Shown here piece by piece: positions 24,488-36,600 of a stretch of 64,000 bases of DNA. The notes beneath the pieces are model-generated. The model was not told the DNA's origin. It worked only from the letters and a program-made list of their open reading frames with translations, and searched no databases. Numbering within the stretch: position 1 is the first letter of the stretch; each line of letters opens with the position of its first letter. Source of the DNA: Acanthaster planci (taxonomy: Eukaryota); NCBI RefSeq assembly GCF_001949145.1, contig NW_019091359.1, positions 1,872,540 to 1,936,539 on the forward strand. Reading direction: 5' to 3'. Made by a program: the position numbers and the translations under genes.

Positions 24488-24619
24488 ATGTTTGGCCGTT
24501 ATCAAGTAATCAGCACGAAGGAGCCGAAGCAACTTCGAAGCACCCAGTCTTACATCTACTACACGGACGATAAGAAAGGCGAAGGAGCAACGGGAAGTGT
24601 ATTTGGTGGCAGAGAAAAG
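24488..24619 (+). CDS. TBK1: TBK1 coding exon 1 (N-terminal extension and Gly-rich loop)
   Basis: tag|GAC ATG...GAA AAG|gtacaa; [44 protein letters not shown]. Confidence 0.9.
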
Positions 24620-27600
24620 GTACAAATCTCACAGATAAGCCTGCAATCGCAAGATTAATGGTTGAATTAATACTTCATTGAATTCAAAAATGTCTAGAAA
24701 TTGGACACTGCTGGAATATCACTTCATAGGAAAAACTTTTCGCCTGAAACGTGAGTTTCTTTTACAAGCAGTGCATAACGTATTCCTCCCCTTTTTCCAC
24801 CAGAAATCTGGCGAGAGGGTTGCTGTGAAGGTGTTCAACAATGTCAGTTACCGGAGACCTGGAAGCGTGCAGGAGAGAGAGTTTGACGTGCTCCTTAAAC
24901 TAAAACACTCCAATATTGTGAAACTTCTTGCCATTGAATATGATGTAAGTTTATCTCCTTGTCCAAGCCTGTAAACAAAACAAAAGCTAAACGCACCTAC
25001 TCGACACATATGGGGTTTGTGAAATAATTTCCCCAAGAAAGTGTCACTTGCGAGTGAGGAAAGATGTCACTTTCCGAAAGGATCAGAAACTGATCTGTAA
25101 TTATAACGAAAAAAAAAGTTTTGGTAAAAGAATTATAAAGATATTGCCTTCTCTTACAAACTAATTGTAAACCTAGACGAAAGTGGATGAAAAGCAGTTT
25201 TTAAATAAAACATCTTCGCAGGCCGGTGCGGCGCGAAATGGCCAAGTCATTCAACGAGAAAAAAAGACTGCATGGGTAAACTTCAGGTTTAGCTTGATTA
25301 ACTGATAAACTTTATCACTTGAAGCAATAAAAAAACTCCCTCGTTCCTTTTCAGTCCACTTCCCACGATCGTGTCATCGTCATGGAGCTGTGTGAGGGTG
25401 GGAGTCTCTTCAACGTCTTAGACAAACCCGAGAATTCCTTTGGATTGCCTGAGACAGAGTTCATTATTCTCCTTCGGGATGTCAGTAAGTAGACATCATT
25501 GTAGTCGCAGGGAAGACACTTTATGATGGCCTTTCGATGTGCATTATCCATACTTGACTGTGCATGTAGAAAGTTGTCAACCAAGAGGAACATTTTTCTC
25601 TAATTCCTGAGAACGTATTGTCATTTTAGCTATCAATACTGGGTCTGAAGTGTCATTGCATTGGGTATTCTCAGACTGCCCAGTTTACCAGAATTGTGGC
25701 CTCTAGAAAATATTAATGGGATATTTTGCACAGTTTGGTGAATTTCAAGAAGTTTCAACTCACCCGCATTAAGTAACCTCCGCTATTTATTTCCTAGTAG
25801 TGGTACATGGTTGGTGTAAGCAGTGAGACAGGACATTTTCCGTGTAGTTATACATGGCATGATATGACAGTGTCAGCTAGAATTTCAGGCTTAGAATTGA
25901 GCCGAACGTCAATAAAACCCCGAATAGATACCCTAGTTGATCTAGTGTACTTGTGCACCGTGGCGTTCCAAATTCCATTGCAGCGATCCATTATTTCGGT
26001 AAGCTGACAGTACCACCATAGGCCCCTTGCTTCCTTCACGGATTGTAACTGCAGTATAAAAAGTTTGTCACCATAAAAGCAGGTACAAACGAGCAAGTGG
26101 GGTTTTTATTGTAATTTTTAAACCTTGTATCTTGTGATACGATCGTTGTGTTCTTGGCAACCCAAAGTTTATTTTCTTATCTGATCTGCAGGTCAGGGCA
26201 TGAAACATCTGCAGGATAAAGGAATAGTACATCGTGACCTGAAACCGGGTAACATCATGTGCTGTTTCGGGCCCGACAGCTCTTCCGTGTACAAACTGGC
26301 TGATTTCGGTGCAGCTCGGGAATTAGCGGAGGGTGAAAACTTCGTCAGTTTGTACGGAACCGAGGAATACCTGGTGAGCTCTAAATGACTCACATTTCAA
26401 AGACAATACATTCACATGAATATCCTGACTCATTTCTTTGTAATCAAGAAGTAAGTTTTCCTTCGACTTAACTTGTTACACGAGCTGCAACTAATAGCTG
26501 GATTCCTCAATCACTTCCTTATTTCCTTGTTCATATTTGCTAGATGAACTCAGGGGCTCAAACTTCGGATATTTCCTTTTTCCTTTTCCTCAATAGTCAT
26601 TTTCCACACCATTGAGATCCAGGCCTTGTATGAAGTCCTTTTATGGTCAATTCATGGGGTAGCCTCGGGGATTTTAAAGCCCTCGAAAAACCCCGAGATA
26701 CGTCAATCGAGATTTCGTAATGCGTGATGTTATTTCCTAAACTGATATCTTCCCCAGTGATGTGTGAAAATAGTTGTCTNNNNNNNNNNNNNNNNNNNNN
26801 NNNNNNNNNNNNNNNNNNNNNNNNNNNNNNNNNNNNNNNNNNNNNNNNNNNNNNNNNNNNNNNNNNNNNNNNNNNNNNNNNNNNNNNNNNNNNNNNNNNN
26901 NNNNNNNNNNNNNNNNNNNNNNNNNNNNNNNNNNNNNNNNNNNNNNNNNNNNNNNNNNNNNNNNNNNNNNNNNNNNNNNNNNNNNNNNNNNNNNNNNNNN
27001 NNNNNNNNNNNNNNNNNNNNNNNNNNNNNNNNNNNNNNNNNNNNNNNNNNNNNNNNNNNNNNNNNNNNNNNNNNNNNNNNNNNNNNTGGAAATAAACAGA
27101 GTTAACCAAACAAGTTGTCTGTAGCCATTCAGATACATGCAGTGGGACACGGTTGGCTACCTCAATTAATGACCACCTGTGCCCCAATCCAGCCACGATT
27201 TTGTTGTGGTTTCGCCGGATCACGTTTCATCCATTCCTAATTATCAATTTGTTGAAAATAAAAGACGCAATAAGTCGCTTTACTCTGTGGGAGCCCAATT
27301 CAGTGTGTTTTTTTGGTACCGTTTTAGACTTCACTATACACAGAAGGTGTGGCGGAATCAAGTTCAAACAAGTTTTAGGCTGCCCCCGAATCTCTTGTCT
27401 AGAGCCAGGTCTAGGTCTTCGCTCCATTGGAAATGCGTGGAGACGCGCAGATAATAGACCTAGCCGTAGCTCTGGAAGCCCGTTTCGGACACGGCCTTAG
27501 TTTTACAGCAATTTGAGTGCCACATTCTAAGGTCTTTAGAGTCCTATGTGCAGCTGATTTTGAGATCGATCCCTTCAATATGTACCGTCGATCCCCGATA

Positions 27601-30600
27601 TTTTACTGCCGGCTCTGGGCACGGGTTTCATGTAGTTGTCGAGGTTATTGACCTAAAAGGAAGCAGCAAATGTTTATCACTAGAGCCGTCTCGAATGTCG
27701 TCATCAGGAAGATTTCCTTGCGTACGGGTGACCATGAAAATCTTGTATTTCCTGTTTTGTTTCTGGTAGCACCCGGATGTGTACGAGCGAGCCGTTCTCC
27801 GGAAACCGCTTGTGAGGCCATTCACAGCCTCCGTAGATCTCTGGAGCATAGGCGTAACTCTCTTTCATGCAGCTACGGGGGTGCTCCCCTTCAGACCATA
27901 CGGGGGCCGAAAGAATCGAGCCACGATGTGAGTCTTTATTATTTCAAAACAAGGCCATTAGAAGATGAAGCTTTACCCGATTTCATGGAGTGTGGGAACT
28001 GCTTGGAGAAGTGTTTTTTTATTGGTACTCGTTGGTAACTGAAGGTATCCCATAGTTTTGGGGTCACTTTATTAGGCACTAAGGTCGACGACCAGCTAGT
28101 AAAATGTCATGTATAGGCTATGTCAGGAATTAAGTTCACTGCAAACACCACTACTCAACATCTCTCCCATCCTTTCACGTGTCCTCGGTGGTGTTTATAG
28201 AGCTCTTTGGTTTCGCTAATTCTTAAGCCATTAGTCTGTATATGTTGGGGAGTCAGACTTCGACGAGCCTTAACCCCATGCTCAAGAAGAGTGTCAATAT
28301 TTCTACCTTTTGGTGAATGGACGTAATCAGAACATCCCAGCCCCCCCCCCCTGAAAAAAAAACTCTCGATGACCCTTTTGCACTTTATCAGTTCGACAGC
28401 CGACACCACATCTTACTGCATCCATTTTGTGGAAAGGTATATACGAAAAACAGTCCGACACATCTAGTGAATTGGAATGCTCTTGAGGCACAACGTTGCA
28501 TTTTACATTTCCCGTAAAAATGCAACGTTAATTTCGTTATTTAGTTGTTTGAATCCACACGACGTTGGGACAAACAAGTTGAATGTTCGGACATATGTGT
28601 CTTTGTTTCGCCGAGATTTTCATCGGATCGACACAAGTCTGATTTAAGAATGAAAGCAAAGTGATTTTATTGGAATTATTCAGGGTTCGTTATTATTCCC
28701 TTTTAAAATCGCGTGTGCCTCTTTACTATTTTTTTTTACATTGGACAGGCACCAGATGACCACCCTTAAGGCATCCGGAATCATCTCTGGCGTTCAAAGA
28801 GACTCCGAGAATGGTCGAATCGAATGGAGCAGGGAATTACCTAAGACAACGCAGATGTCACAGTGAGGGTCTTTTGAAAAATTTCCATCAGTTTCATTTT
28901 AATTTGGGCTTATTGTTGAGCAATAATTGTTATCGTGTAGCTACTCCAAAGCCCCATCGCCACTCCAATTAATTCCGTTTGAATTCCTTTACATGCACTT
29001 TGGAAATGAATTGGACTTGTTGATTCGAAGTCACTGTATTAGAGAGGCTTTCATCTTACTGTAAACAAACTTACCGTCAGCGTTTGCGTCACTCACAATT
29101 AAATTACATCGCGACGTAGGGCTGTTATTTTAATCAAGCATCAATTTTTAAAGTGAGGTATACATTAATTTAAAAAAATTAAATCTATCCTTTGAATGTT
29201 CGTTTCTCTTATTCATTTTCGAAATGTGCACTTATCCTTTAGTTGGTTTTTGGAGACTATTTGTATATTCATAAGCCGATGTTTTCAAACAGGAAAATCT
29301 GCATTGTGGAGTTTGTCTTGCACACGGTCTTTTGGCTCAACAAGAGTTGCGTTAGCCAAATCAATATCCCAAAGGACCCGTGGACTTCCACAGGACTTAA
29401 ATGTAGTCGGTAAACCAGAATTAACGCTGTAACCATGTTTTGTTTTCTCACAATTTCAATTCGTTCACCAATACAGAGGCCTGCGCCTTCTTGTTGAAGA
29501 AATGCTTGCTGGACTACTGGAAAGCGACGTGAACAGGATGTGGTCTTTCAAGACATTTTTTGACACCGCTCAGGCCATCGTGAACATGACTGTAGTCGAT
29601 GTTTTCTACGTTGTGACGTCACAGCTCCTCAAGATTTACATTGATCCCACTCATTCGTAAGAACTATTTACTCCGTGCAATGTTTATTTTTGAAAAGATG
29701 TACTTCAGAAAGACCTTTATTTACCGAACAATGTCTCAACAAAGAGCTATCATTCCAACCTGAGCTACCCTTCCTTTGTAGCTGTAGGCCAGCATGAACT
29801 TGGCACGACTGTAGCAGTCTGAAATTCAGTAGGTGTGCTGATACACCCAGACATTACACCACTCTAACATCCTCCATCCACACTCAGGCGAGCCTGCTTT
29901 GGAGCTGGGAGCTCTTCTATCAGTGGAGCGTCCTCATGCACTTGGGATTCGGCCAGAAATCGCCCTATTTAAACTTAGACTTTTCCTTTTCAAAGCTCGA
30001 CCTGAACATGTGTCAGGAGATTAACTTTCTGCAGTGTAGTCGAGTGAACAATATACAATCTGGAACTCTTTAAAACTTCTGAAATCAGCTTCTACTGCTA
30101 CGCCAGACACTTAAGTGAAGTCAGTTACTGTGTTCAGATTACAAATTAGTTCCTTAACCATAGAATCAGTTAAGCCTAGACTGACATCACACAGAGTAGA
30201 ATAGAGTAGATTAGATCAAATGCTAAATGTGGAAGATCGTTTGGTCACGGACAACACTGGAAATTTCTTCACTCTTAAAAATAAGACGACATTTTGTGAA
30301 TCATATCATCGCATAAAAGCACACGGGTTTTGTTTGGCTTAAAATTTATCATTTCATATTTTTCTCCAGTGTGGGAGAGTGGCAAGCGATCAGTGTTGTT
30401 TACAGAGCCTGTTTAGTTGGAAAATTAGTCCCGTTCGCTGTCCGAACAGTGCGAGAGAAATTCTGCTTGGTTTCGAAAAAAATCCAATTGTCCGAAATTT
30501 TCTAAGTGCTTTAGCATTCGGGAGATACCTCCAAATTTATTTTTCTACGTGTATTTTACCACAGAATGGCTTTCATATCTGCAGTTGATTCGGATTTTAG

Positions 30601-33600
30601 CTTCCGATTATGTCGAGACTTGTCTTGACAAAAATCAAAGTGAGGCATCATGTCTTTTGCAATATTAAGTTTCGAAACTCAACTATTGCATCATGTACAG
30701 GAGTTGCTCATGTGCTATTGGAAGAACATAATGGCTGCCTCGCCATTGATGTCATGGTCAACATGGGTACGTTCCAGTGACGACTGTTTATCGGCCAACG
30801 GGTGATTTTACCCAGCAATTCTTTGCTCAAAATACATCCCTGGTAACAGGCAAGATTGACTAGTGGTTGTCACTCGAACTTGCCCACGGTTGTCCCTATG
30901 GTCGCCAGGCCAGAAACCAGATTAAAAATAAAATAAAAGGTGTTGGCTGTTACAGACTGGGTCACTTTATCTTGTACAACTTTTTTCCCCAATTGTTAAT
31001 GCAGATTTGCCGAGTTTCAGGAAAAAGTTGCCATGCAGACGTCATTGCAGTCCGTAAATCAGATGCACATCTTCGAGCACGCCATATTTTACCCAGAATC
31101 CAACGTGCCCTCCAAGGAATTCCCGGAGACAACACCATCCAATCCCATCTTTCTCTTCAAGAACACTTTCGATGGCGCTGTCTCACCAGTTGCCCCAGTT
31201 TGCCGTAAGCAATAGACCCAATGCCCGTAAGGCTTAAGCGCAGTGCTGCAACTCATTCACACTATACCTATTCACCGTGATCTTAGTTTTAAGATCAGTG
31301 TCAGGTTCTCTTTAATGACATCACTGACGAAATGAGTTTAAGCCAAACTTGTTTGTGTGCAACAGCTATATGCCTCTTGGCTTTTTTGACAATTGTTTTC
31401 GTTGTTTGATTGCTGAGGGTATCATTTGAGACATGGTGATGTTTCCAGGGTCAACTTGTGTTCCGTGCGGACATCAGTATACATTATTTCCATTCGTAGT
31501 ATGCTGATTTACTCGTTGCTTGTAATCCACTCAGGTGCGTAAATAAGGGATGACTCTAGTTTTCAGAGCAACTCCTGCCTTCGGTCATCCAACGGTCTAC
31601 ATTATACTGGAAGGGCATTAGCTGCTTACAATCACTCTCAAAGGTAGGAACTGCTTTTAGGGTCACCTAAGAATTAAGCGATGTTCTTGGTGTTTTTTTC
31701 GTTACAGCAAACATACCAGATGTTCAGTCCAGATACTCATTGGGCACTGATGCCCCATCGACAAAGGTGAGTTGGAGAAACAGAATTGCGCACTGTTTCA
31801 CGCATTTTAAAACATGGAAAACTGACCAAATATTTCAGCAAGAAAGAATATTTCTTTTTAATATGCCACCGATATGTGAAGTTTGTGCCCTTATCAATTT
31901 TTGATACTTATGGTTGCGATAACCGTTTTCATGTCTTATCACTTTCAGAAGAGCATTGCCGTCCACTTCTGCCTCAAACGGAAACAAGAATTTCTTCTGT
32001 TGATGCAGATACTTCAGAACATGGCTGTAAAAGCCTTTACGTAAGTCAAAAGAGCATTTCTCGATCCGCTTGACGATGACTCTTATTTTTTCAAGCTTCT
32101 CTACTTTTTTCAGCACAGTCGTGTCTTACTCTTTTGCGTCTCGAACAAATGATGCAATTGATGGCGTATTCGGGAAGATAAACCCTTTTCTCATTGGTCC
32201 ATTCTTTTACCAGTCAGGTGGTCAAAGACGAGGTGAACCACATGTGTTACCACTTGAACAAGCTGGAAACCACCAACAAAATGTTGCCGGTGGTAGTGGA
32301 GGGCCTGCGCTCTCGCATCGAAACCGATCGGCAGCTTGGACGGTGTTGCCAAAGTATCGCCAATGGGAATAAGACGCGTCTGGAAGTTAAACTACAGGAT
32401 CTTGAGGTCTTAGGGGGCGAGATCACTGAAGCGATTGCAGAAGTCCGCAGGGTAATTATGGCTAATTTCAACCAGTAGTAGCTATAACGGTGTTGTGTCA
32501 AACAGGATGGCGGGATAGCCTCGCTGCTAAGATAACCCGGAGCCGACAAGGGACGCAATATTATTCAATTCAATTTTATCTTTTCCAGCTTTCACTACAA
32601 TTCGAAGAAGAGTCCAGAAGGCTAAATGTCATCAAGTGTGAGGTAGTTGATAGAGATGCCCTGAAGGAGGCATGGAATAAGCAGATCCTGCCCCAGTGCC
32701 AGCCAAAGGATAAATGGTAAACCAACTTGGGAAATGAATTCAACAGCTCATACGATAGAGGAAACCTGTAATAAATGCTTTACGTCAGTCTACCGTCAGA
32801 CATCGTCGCTTGTGTAGTTTATTGCGGTGGCCTGTTCTTACCATATTCATTTAACCGCCTGGTTTAGAGTGGTTTCTCGGTATTGCTAGTAATACATTTT
32901 AGACATTTGTTCACCCCTGTCCCTTTCGTCTTTCTTGTTTTGCATAGTCATCTTGTATGGATCTCTGTCGTAGTTCATAACCTACTAAGGTAGATCCCAA
33001 GTTGGCACATATCCGTCGTAGCAATTTCCCATAAGCCCTAGGGCAGAACGTCCTACTCTAGCCACTATCATTAATTTGATATACCAGTCATTTGGTTCAC
33101 CTCTAATTTCCCGTACTCTTTCGTTTATTTTTATCTCTACGAACAAAGCATGTTCTTAAGATTTCAATAACTTTATTAATATCCATTTTACTTGAGTGTG
33201 ATGTATAACTTCCTTGGAAGGTTTAAGTGACCCAGTCACCAGTTTCCACTCGACAGTTAATAGTATGAAGGTTTGATATTCCGAATACATATAGTTCACG
33301 CAAATCCATACCCACACCCAACTGTGCATAGGTCCGTCACGCCTATCTTTGGTGTGCTCCCGTCTTTCTGCCCCACTCCACGTTATCGATCCTGCTGGGC
33401 CGTCCCAGTTGTTACTACATGTACCTGGATGATCTCGGACGAACGTGGTCTTTTCTGGCCAGGAGTTGGCGAATGACCTCTTCTGGCATTGATGACGACT
33501 GCGCAGAGCGTTTTTTTTCGCTAGGATATTGCAATTGTCAGCTCGACGAGCAATGTGGCCGAGGAAAGAGGTGCTGGCGACGTCGGACTGTTGGTCGTGA

Positions 33601-36600
33601 CGGGAGGCATTCTTGTTCTGTTGGAAAACTCGTTGTTGCTGGAGTCGATTGACTGGACGCCTAAGATCAATCGCTGGCGGTTTTGATGGAATGACTCGAG
33701 CAATCTGAGGTCTACTTACAGGGGGGACCAGGAATGACAAAAGTCCTGTGTAATCGGCTTGAAGTTCAGGCATTTTAACCTCCAGATTTTGCATAAGCTG
33801 TTGATCATAGCAGATAGTGAGAGACTGAGTCGTCTGAGGATAGACCTATCTGGTTCGCTACGCCCAGTGTTGTAAACCTTACATTCAAGATGCACGAAAT
33901 CCTCCACAATATCGACAGGCTTGCCGTTGCCATGATGTGAGGGGGATTGTTGCTGTCGTTTTCTGCAAAGAAACCCGGGGCAGCCTCGTTCTGAAACGAC
34001 TGGAGTACCATTCTCGGGTCACTGATCATGTTACAGATCAGAACGACGTAATTCATATGGTTTATTAGTCAGAAAATAGCAAAAGGCCGAAGCATTAGTC
34101 GAAACGTTAGTCAAATATGCGAGAAAACGGGTAAAGGCGTTGACAGTAATGTCCGATAGTTTTGAGTCATTTCGGACTTTTAACCTTCGGACCTATTACG
34201 CCGTTGGCATTAAGTCAGACTACTGAATCTTCGGATTCACGAAGCATTTACCCAGTGAACCCCAGGTATAGGAAAGTTATGTGTTTGCACCAACAAACTT
34301 CCAGTTTGTAAACCATCGGAATATCGAACCCTTGAACTCCACCAAACATCATACACTTTTACGAACAATCAATGATTTGTCCAGAAAAATGCTATAATGT
34401 TCACATCTTTGTAACAATTACAGCATAGAGCGTTTTGATGTCATGCTGTTCTCCCAACTGGAAATCTACTCTAATTTCTGCCGTGACAGCAAGGAGTCAA
34501 CCCTGTCGTTCAACGCCGAGCAAATACACAAAATGGAGAAGTAAGCGATTGCATTTTGTGTTATTTCAATTAAACATACTCGGGTGGGTATGTTTACATT
34601 GCTGCTTCTAAAAAATGTCATGTTGCTGTTATTTCCTTTATCGAAATGTTTTGAGCTTATTTCGGAAATTTCAGTTGACAAACTCACAACTTGAACTTTG
34701 ACATAGCAGATGCAAAACTTCACCAATGCCTTACACAAATTAAATGCTATATATCATCCATAACAGACGACGGACAACACTCGTATTTTGAATCACCTGA
34801 ATAGAATTTGCCCGAGTGTACTTTATTTTGAACTCTTGTGCTAAAAGTACTGTTCACTTTCGTCGATAAATGAGTAAATGTTTTCGTAAAGCCTTTCCGG
34901 TCGCTTCTGTTCAACACCAATAACCTAAAAAGGTGAAGCAGTGAGTTTAAAAAACCGGCTCCTGCTGGCTATAGTAGGGGAAACGTTAAAATGGCTGACG
35001 GCAATTAAACATAAATGTTTTCACGAGTACCTTACTTTTTCTTGCCTGTTTACAGAATCAAATTCAACAACACGTCCCCAAAGATTAGTTCCTTAGTTCG
35101 TGATCACTGTGAATCTAACTGGTTTTGCAAACATTCCAGTATGACAAAGTGGCTCAGGTGAGTATTGCTTTGATAGGATCAATGTAAATCTTACGTAAAT
35201 TGCGTCGAGACGGAATGCCTCCTTATAGTTTAGGTAGTTTATCAGCACTTCTGCTGTCTAATGTCACAAATGGCGTCGTCATTCTCTTTAGAATTGATCA
35301 AGAAGAGAACTGTACATTGAAGTTCTGCCGCGTTGCCGATCCTAAAGACAATACGATGTATTCGTTTTACAGAGTATGCACAATATGTATGTCTTTGTCT
35401 ACAAATTTATATGCAAGAGGTACATCGACCACTTTAATTTGCCTCCGACCAGTGCTTTTGTCCGTTCAGCATTTGTACAACGAAATGGTTGGCTGTGGAT
35501 TGAGTAGGACCCGTAGATATTAAGGTATACACAGTTATACATTTTTTTCATTTATCATTCAGCCATTTGTCAAATGCATATGTGAATTGTGTGCAACCAT
35601 ATGGTTCTGTAGAAATATTGATCATGCAACCTTTAAAGTAAGAACTGACACGCATGTACGGTCGACTAATATTATGTTTTTATCAAACTACAGCCAAGCC
35701 TATTCCTTCAGACAGCAAATCATGGAGGTGGATCAAAGTTTGACGCCCCTGGTATCCGAATTCTCCAGAGAAGAAAGAACTATCTCAGAGGTAATGATAT
35801 TGCCGACACCAAGACAGAAGATGACAGGTGTATAGGGCTACACTTATAGGCCAGTGTTACATTTAGGCTCATCATTAGGGCCACGTTAGAGTATGTTTCT
35901 ACAGGGGTGTATGTAGATGCAAACTACATATTGGTAAAGTTGAGGGATGTGGTCTAGTACAGGGACTACATTTAGGTTCGTTTAGGTTGAACAAGGAATA
36001 GAGCAACATTTATGTCCCGGCTATAGCATTTACAGACCCAATGGCAACGGATGAAATATATTCTTCAGGCTATCACCGCTGAAAAAGCAGCTGATGCAAC
36101 CAGGGAGAACAAAGATTGGGTTGACAAAAACGACTGGGAGATAGGATCTTCTCCAACAGAAGTGCTCCTGCTTTGAGAGAGTCCTTGCCAAGCCAGATGA
36201 CCAGGCAGCAAAAGCAGTCTACAGAAATACGAGCAGCACTGAGCAGAAGAAGGTGCAAGAGATACAGAACAAATGGTAAACTGAACTTGCAGAGCAAACC
36301 CAGTTTCATGCTGACTCCGGCAACAGCTGGGTATTTTATGAAGCACTGCAAGCCGTGTATGGCCCAACCCAACAGGTGAAATCCCCCCCCCTCACTGGAT
36401 GGCAACAGTCACCTCACTGGCAAGAATCTATCCTTAACCGCTGGTCTGAGCACTACGGGAGCCTCTTTGGCGACAAACGGCAGTTGCAAGATGAGTCTAT
36501 CAGGAAGACAGAACAAGCTGTGAGGTCAAAACTCGACAACCCTCCTACTCAGGAAGAAGTGAGGAAATCCATCGCAAAGCTGAAGTGCCATAAGGCTCCT

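Noticed and set aside
26597..27223. Long ORFs in the track
   Set aside because: Artefacts of translating the N gap.
33156..33794. 212-aa minus ORF as a novel nested gene in a TBK1 intron
   Set aside because: Overlapping frames piece together into a frameshifted RTE LINE C-terminus.
34075..34112. Second hammerhead-like motif (ggccgaagcattagtcgaaacgtt)
   Set aside because: No CUGANGA box and a mismatched stem II; at most a dead remnant.
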